Shown here piece after piece: positions 59,039 through 64,000 of a stretch of 64,000 bases of DNA (position 1 is the first letter of the stretch; every line of letters starts with the position of its first letter). Position numbers and translations under genes: made by a program. Under the pieces are notes generated by a model. It had not been told where the DNA came from and made no database searches. It saw nothing but the letters and a program-made list of their open reading frames with translations. This DNA comes from an uncultured Gammaproteobacteria bacterium. GTDB lineage: Bacteria; Patescibacteriota; Microgenomatia; Daviesbacterales; UBA10151. The DNA is taken from NCBI GenBank assembly GCA_964393525.1, contig CAYMTV010000001.1, positions 1,545-65,544 of the forward strand, given 5' to 3'.

Positions 59039-60256
59039 TTAATTTTCTCCGGTTTCCTGTCTTTGTCTTAGCCTTTCAATAGCAGATGTTGGTTCGCCTT
59101 CCGTGGTTGCTTCCGGGCTAGCACCTGCTAGCTGACCTAAAGTAGTTGGCTCGGTTTCTGCCGAAGAGGTTGCAACAGGTATTGGAGTAGGCTCGGCAGT
59201 TGCCACCACCTGCTGTGGAGGGTTAGTTAAAGGTTGTTGTTCGGCTTGAGGCGAAGGAGAGGGGGCTGATTTACCAATCCCTAAAAAGAAATAAGCCGAA
59301 GCTGCAGTTACCAAAAGTACAACAACTATTCCTCCGCCAATTAAAAGCATAGGCATTTTTGAGCCTTGTCCGGCAATTTTTACGGGTTCAGGACCAGCAG
59401 CAGTTGTCGGCGGGACGACTAAATTTTCCGGAGTAGCGACCGGCGGGTTATAGACATTTTCCGGGGGGGGTTGGTCAATGTTTCCGGTGAGTTGGGACAA
59501 ATCAGTTGGAGCCGGTTCTTGAGCATTTGGAGGTTGATAATTGTCCTGGTTAGACCCAGGGGTTTCTGCCCAGGAGGGTACACCTCCTGCTCCGTTTGTC
59601 TGAGTATCAGCAGTTGGTTGCTGCGGAGTGCCTTGGGGACCTGGACTGGGAGTTTGTGCCGGGGGTTGGATGCCAGCAGGAGAAGCATTTGTGTTTTCCG
59701 GCAAAGGAAAGGTTGGAACAGGGGTCTGGCTCAAATTGGAGTCCTGAGGAGTTCCAATATTAGATTGCACTGCCGGATCTTGCGGCATAGCCGGGATGGG
59801 GTTGTTGGTTGGGGGATTTGAGACAGAGGTTTGCAAGGGATTATTTGCAATAGGCGTCTCCGGAGATGGAGCCGCAGTAGTTGGGTCCGGGGGTAAAGAA
59901 GTTGAGTTAGCAAAAGGATTTGGTGGTGCCGAGAGATCATTACCCAAGGCTGCAGGAGGCGGCTGGTTTAGGCCTGCATCAAATGAGGAAGCTACCGGAG
60001 GAGGTTGAGGTGGGGCATAGCTGTTAGTATCCCACGGTGAAGGAGCTGGGTTTAGTGGAGGGGGCGCAGGAGTAGAAGTTGCTGTGGTATTAGGGTTCAT
60101 TGGATTGCTAAAAGATGCCGCAGGAGGAGTCTGATTAAGAGAATTGTCTTGGGGTGGACCGACTGAAAAACTAGGATTTGAGTCCTGCGGGTTTGGCGGA
60201 AAACCGGAAGGAGGGGTTGATCCTGGAGGGTTATTGTTAGGTATCTGGTTATCCAT
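59039..60256 (-). CDS. Pro-rich intrinsically disordered single-pass membrane protein
   Basis: About 300 aa P/S/T/N/Q-rich N-terminus, one TM helix (LLIGGGIVVVLLVTAASAYFFLG), short P/T-rich C-terminus. Confidence 0.8.
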   Translation of the reverse strand: MDNQIPNNNPPGSTPPSGFPPNPQDSNPSFSVGPPQDNSLNQTPPAASFSNPMNPNTTATSTPAPPPLNPAPSPWDTNSYAPPQPPPVASSFDAGLNQPPPAALGNDLSAPPNPFANSTSLPPDPTTAAPSPETPIANNPLQTSVSNPPTNNPIPAMPQDPAVQSNIGTPQDSNLSQTPVPTFPLPENTNASPAGIQPPAQTPSPGPQGTPQQPTADTQTNGAGGVPSWAETPGSNQDNYQPPNAQEPAPTDLSQLTGNIDQPPPENVYNPPVATPENLVVPPTTAAGPEPVKIAGQGSKMPMLLIGGGIVVVLLVTAASAYFFLGIGKSAPSPSPQAEQQPLTNPPQQVVATAEPTPIPVATSSAETEPTTLGQLAGASPEATTEGEPTSAIERLRQRQETGEN

Positions 60257-60481
60257 GGCAGTTTTTATTTGGACGTTTCTTAGCTTCGTTAAGCATAGTT
60301 CCTTTCAGTGGAACTATGAGCGGACGACCTACTGTTGTTCTATATAGTTTATACTACCGAAAAGTCCAGTACAAGCTGGTTCTACTTAATACCGATTTAA
60401 TTTTAAGATATTTTAATTTGCAATGTCCATACTTAATGAACTTGCTTGTTATAGTCTGAAGCGAATATAATATGCTGCAAT

Positions 60482-63418
60482 ATGTTTAACATTTTCTCCA
60501 AACTAATTGATGCTAATGCCCGGGAGATAAACCGGCTTTCTCAAATCGTCAAGACTGTTAATGAACAGGAAGCCAAGCTTAAAAGGGTTTCGGATAAGGG
60601 ATTAAGAGAACGGGCAGATGCTCTAAGGAAAAAATTCCAGAAAGAGGGAGATCTGGATGCATTACTCCCTGAGGCTTTCGCGCTGGTTCGGGAAGCCTCT
60701 TTAAGAACCAATAAACAAAGGCATTTTGATGTCCAGCTGATGGCAGCAGCAGCTTTGCATCAGGGTAAAATTGCTGAGCAAAAAACCGGAGAGGGAAAAA
60801 CTTTATCGGCCACTCCGGCCGTTTTTCTAAATTCGTTAACCGGCAAGGGTGTTCATCTGGTGACGGTAAACGATTATTTGGCAAGACGAGATGCCGGTTG
60901 GATGGGTCCTATTTATCATATGCTTGGAGCATCGGTTGCGGTAATAGTTCATGAAGCCGCATTCATCTATGATCCAAAATATTCCGATAAGCAGGCTAAA
61001 GATAAAAGGCTGAAGCATCTAAAGCCCATCACCCGCAAAGAGGCTTACGGGGCCGACGTAACCTATGGAACTAATAATGAGTTCGGGTTTGATTATTTGC
61101 GTAACAACATGGCCCTGTCTTTGGAAAATCAGGTCCAAAGAGGTCACTATTTTGCAATTGTTGATGAGGTCGACTCTATTTTGATTGATGAGGCAAGGAC
61201 TCCGCTTATTATCTCAGCACCTGCTCAGGAGCCCACCGAAAAATACATTAAGTTCTTCCAGATTGTCGAAAAACTCTCTAAAGATACAGATTTTGTGATC
61301 GACGAAAAGCTTAGGACTGTGCATCTGACTGAGCATGGTACTATTAAGGTAGAAAAAATTCTCGGGACTGATAATCTATATGAAAAAGATTTTTCTTCAC
61401 TTCATCACCTTGAAGAGGCTTTAAAAGCCAAAACCCTGTTTCATAAAGACAAGGATTATGTCGTAAAAGACGGGGAAGTTGTAATAGTTGATGAGTTTAC
61501 AGGTAGGCTAATGCCGGGCAGAAGATATTCGGAAGGATTGCATCAGGCAATTGAAGCCAAAGAAGGAGTGCCAATCCAGCAGGAATCTCAAACTTTAGCC
61601 ACCATCTCCTTTCAAAATTACTTCAGGATGTATGAGAAACTGGCCGGTATGACAGGTACAGCTGCAACAGAGGCTGAGGAATTTCATAAAATTTACAAAC
61701 TTGATGTAGTGGTTATCCCGACCAATAATCCAATGGTGAGACGTGACCTCTCTGATGCAATCTATAAAACCCAAACAGCCAAATATACCGCGGTTGCCAA
61801 TGCAGTTGAGGAGATCTACAAAAGCGGGAGGCCGGTATTAGTTGGAACTACCTCGATCGATAAAAATGAATTCTTATCCGAACTTCTCAAAAGAAAAGGT
61901 ATATCGCACGCGCTTTTAAATGCCAAAAACCACGAAAGGGAGGCAGAGATTATCGCCGAAGCCGGTCAAAAAGGGGCTGTAACAGTTGCTACAAACATGG
62001 CGGGAAGAGGAGTGGATATTACTTTAGGCAAAGGAGTCCAGGATCTGGGTGGGCTGTATGTTATTGGTACCGAGCGTCATGAATCAAGAAGAATTGATAA
62101 CCAGCTTAGGGGAAGATCCGGACGACAGGGAGACCCCGGAGAAACCAAGTTTTTTGTTTCGCTTGAGGATGATTTGATGAGGATTTTTGGAGGCGAGCAA
62201 GTTGCAAATGTCATGAATTTTTTAAAAATGCCTGAGGATGTACCGATAGAAAACGCGCTTGTTTCAAAAGCAATAGAGGGAGCACAAAAGAAAGTTGAGG
62301 GTCACAATTTTGATATTAGAAAACACACTGTTGAATATGACGATGTCATGAACCAGCAGCGCCAGATAATTTATGGTGTTAGAAAACAAGTACTCGAGGC
62401 TGCAGCGAGTAAAGAAAAAGCACTTGAGTTAAGAGAAGAGATTTTAGGAAAAGTTGAAGGGGAGATCGGAAATATTGTTTTGGTAAACAGTGAAGAGGTA
62501 ACTGATCTGCCCGACCGGCAGGCCCCGCTTGCGGGGCAGGCGGGTTTAGAAAAAATTGTCGGTGATTTCTCAACCATCATTCCATTTGATGAAGGAAGTA
62601 AAGATGGTTTGCTTGAGCAACTTAAACAGCTTGAGTCAACGGATCAGGTTAAGGATTTTTTGAGCAAGCTTGCCAGGGATTTGTATGAGATGAAAGAAAA
62701 ACAGGTCTCGCAAGACATCTCCCGCCAGATGGAAAGCTTTGTTTACTTAAATACAATTGATACCCTTTGGATTGAGCACTTGGATACAATGGATGATTTG
62801 CGGGCAGGTATTGGACTTCGCGGTTATGCCCAGAGAGACCCTTTAATTGAATATAAAAAGGAAGGGTTTAATTTATTTGAGAGACTTATAGCCAACGTTG
62901 ATTCAGAAGTGGTTCATCGTATATATAAGGTAGCTGTGGAGGGACAACAACCAATTACTGTAGAACCACCAGTTGATTTATCCAAAGCGGTTGAGGTCCA
63001 TCAGGAAGCTTTAGATGAGAAAGAATTATTAGAAGAAGTAGGTCAGTTAATGCCTTCTGTTCCAGAAGTCAGGCCGTCTAAAGATACAAGGGTTAGAGTA
63101 GATAGAGGTTTAGAAGTAAAAGACACTCCATTTGATGGAATTGATCATACAGCCGGCACTAAAGTGATCGTTGAAGGATCCAGCAATGATACGCTTTACT
63201 CTACACCTACAGTTTCGGAACCAGTCATTGAATCGCAGCCTCAAATTCAGAGTTATCAAGAGGGTGCCACAAAAGTAATGATCGAACGGGGCGGGGAAGT
63301 TGTCTCAACTCAAACTTATGATTCAGGCGGGGCCTTAAGAAGAAACAAAATTGGCAGAAACGACCCTTGCTGGTGTAGAAGTGGGAAAAAATGGAAGCGC
63401 TGCCACTATCCTAATTAA
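60482..63418 (+). CDS. secA: Preprotein translocase ATPase SecA
   Basis: KTGEGKT, VDEVDSILIDEARTPL, TNMAGRG, RGRSGRQGDPG, SEC-C GRNDPCWC...CH. Confidence 0.97.
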   Translation: MFNIFSKLIDANAREINRLSQIVKTVNEQEAKLKRVSDKGLRERADALRKKFQKEGDLDALLPEAFALVREASLRTNKQRHFDVQLMAAAALHQGKIAEQKTGEGKTLSATPAVFLNSLTGKGVHLVTVNDYLARRDAGWMGPIYHMLGASVAVIVHEAAFIYDPKYSDKQAKDKRLKHLKPITRKEAYGADVTYGTNNEFGFDYLRNNMALSLENQVQRGHYFAIVDEVDSILIDEARTPLIISAPAQEPTEKYIKFFQIVEKLSKDTDFVIDEKLRTVHLTEHGTIKVEKILGTDNLYEKDFSSLHHLEEALKAKTLFHKDKDYVVKDGEVVIVDEFTGRLMPGRRYSEGLHQAIEAKEGVPIQQESQTLATISFQNYFRMYEKLAGMTGTAATEAEEFHKIYKLDVVVIPTNNPMVRRDLSDAIYKTQTAKYTAVANAVEEIYKSGRPVLVGTTSIDKNEFLSELLKRKGISHALLNAKNHEREAEIIAEAGQKGAVTVATNMAGRGVDITLGKGVQDLGGLYVIGTERHESRRIDNQLRGRSGRQGDPGETKFFVSLEDDLMRIFGGEQVANVMNFLKMPEDVPIENALVSKAIEGAQKKVEGHNFDIRKHTVEYDDVMNQQRQIIYGVRKQVLEAAASKEKALELREEILGKVEGEIGNIVLVNSEEVTDLPDRQAPLAGQAGLEKIVGDFSTIIPFDEGSKDGLLEQLKQLESTDQVKDFLSKLARDLYEMKEKQVSQDISRQMESFVYLNTIDTLWIEHLDTMDDLRAGIGLRGYAQRDPLIEYKKEGFNLFERLIANVDSEVVHRIYKVAVEGQQPITVEPPVDLSKAVEVHQEALDEKELLEEVGQLMPSVPEVRPSKDTRVRVDRGLEVKDTPFDGIDHTAGTKVIVEGSSNDTLYSTPTVSEPVIESQPQIQSYQEGATKVMIERGGEVVSTQTYDSGGALRRNKIGRNDPCWCRSGKKWKRCHYPN

Positions 63419-63428
63419 GTCTCTATTT

Positions 63429-63539
63429 ATTTCCGAAGGAAAGAGGCCGAATGGACTCATTTCCAAAGGAAAGAACTTGTTCATTTCCGAAGGAAAGAGG
63501 CCGAATGGACTCATTTCCGAAGGAAAAAAGCTGTGCTTT
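63429..63539. repeat. Array of alternating short hairpin repeats downstream of secA
   Basis: atttcc(g/a)aaggaaa at 63429, 63459, 63483, 63513 separated by self-complementary spacers. Confidence 0.85.
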
Positions 63540-63571
63540 ATTTCTCGGGGATTTTTTATTATTGTTTGTTA

Positions 63572-64000
63572 ATGCGAAGCTTTTTTAGTAAATATTTAGC
63601 TGAGACTTGTTACTTATTAGTTATTATAACCACTCCTTTAAGCTGGAAGATTCTCAGTACCAATTTAGTTATTTTTATTCTTGCCGTTGCTGCAGGATTT
63701 ATTATATTAAGAAATTATCCTGCCAAATATCAACCTAGAAATTATCTAGTTTTAATTACAATAATCTTAACCCTTCTTTTTATCCAATTTAAGAATGTTA
63801 ACTTACAACATCAATACTCTTTAAATGATTATCAAAAACAAGTTATACAAAGAAGAGTAGCCCTTTACCCTAAGGGGTTTAAAAAACTTGGTAATATTTT
63901 TGAATCAAATAAAGAAATTAATGTTTTAAGAAAAATCAAATCCAATTTTTTTGAGATATTCGAGTTAAAGTTTCTATTCTGGGGAAATTTTTTAATTCTT
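63572..64000 (+). CDS. Hypothetical multi-TM membrane protein (3' end outside window)
   Basis: ATG at 63572, open to the window end: MRSFFSKYLAETCYLLVIITTPLSWKILSTNLVIFILAVAAGFIIL... Confidence 0.7.
   Translation, partial: MRSFFSKYLAETCYLLVIITTPLSWKILSTNLVIFILAVAAGFIILRNYPAKYQPRNYLVLITIILTLLFIQFKNVNLQHQYSLNDYQKQVIQRRVALYPKGFKKLGNIFESNKEINVLRKIKSNFFEIFELKFLFWGNFLIL

Noticed and set aside
63429-63539. CRISPR array
   Set aside because: Repeats are 14 bp, spacers 10-16 bp, one spacer is duplicated, and no cas genes are in the window
63351-63572. 73-aa ORF with ISEGKRPNGL repeats
   Set aside because: Overlaps the secA end and simply translates the hairpin array; the credible gene starts at 63572
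1-64000. Alternative genetic code (TGA recoding as in Gracilibacteria/SR1)
   Set aside because: Conserved genes are full length under code 11 and several end properly at TGA (e.g. nrdR, nrdJ)

Overview
A low-GC, gene-dense bacterial chromosome segment. Its gene content (archaeal-type non-discriminating AspRS, class I LysRS, split transketolase, class II RNR, Pro/Thr-rich membrane-anchored orphans, mostly SD-less starts) suggests a Patescibacteria/CPR organism, probably Microgenomates; this is an inference. It carries aroE-aroD-aroC, four aminoacyl-tRNA synthetases, tRNA-Gln(CTG), tRNA-Glu(CTC), non-oxidative pentose-phosphate genes, a CsoR-regulated copper locus, nrdR-nrdJ-cobA, lon with a CIRCE-like operator, a K+-independent H+-PPase, two-component genes and secA. 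Three things stand out. (1) A two-gene alginate-like polysaccharide locus: an AlgD-like nucleotide-sugar dehydrogenase followed by one polypeptide fusing a processive GT2 synthase, LysM and an AlgG-like DPHD beta-helix C5-epimerase. (2) Miniature palindromic elements that nest inside one another, insert into a promoter, and sit in frame inside at least five housekeeping proteins (AspRS, GluRS, transketolase, LysRS, SecA), some with flanking direct repeats. (3) A signal-less trypsin-like protease followed by a stand-alone copy of its own N-terminal (pro)domain. All family assignments come from motifs recognised by eye; no database searches were run.
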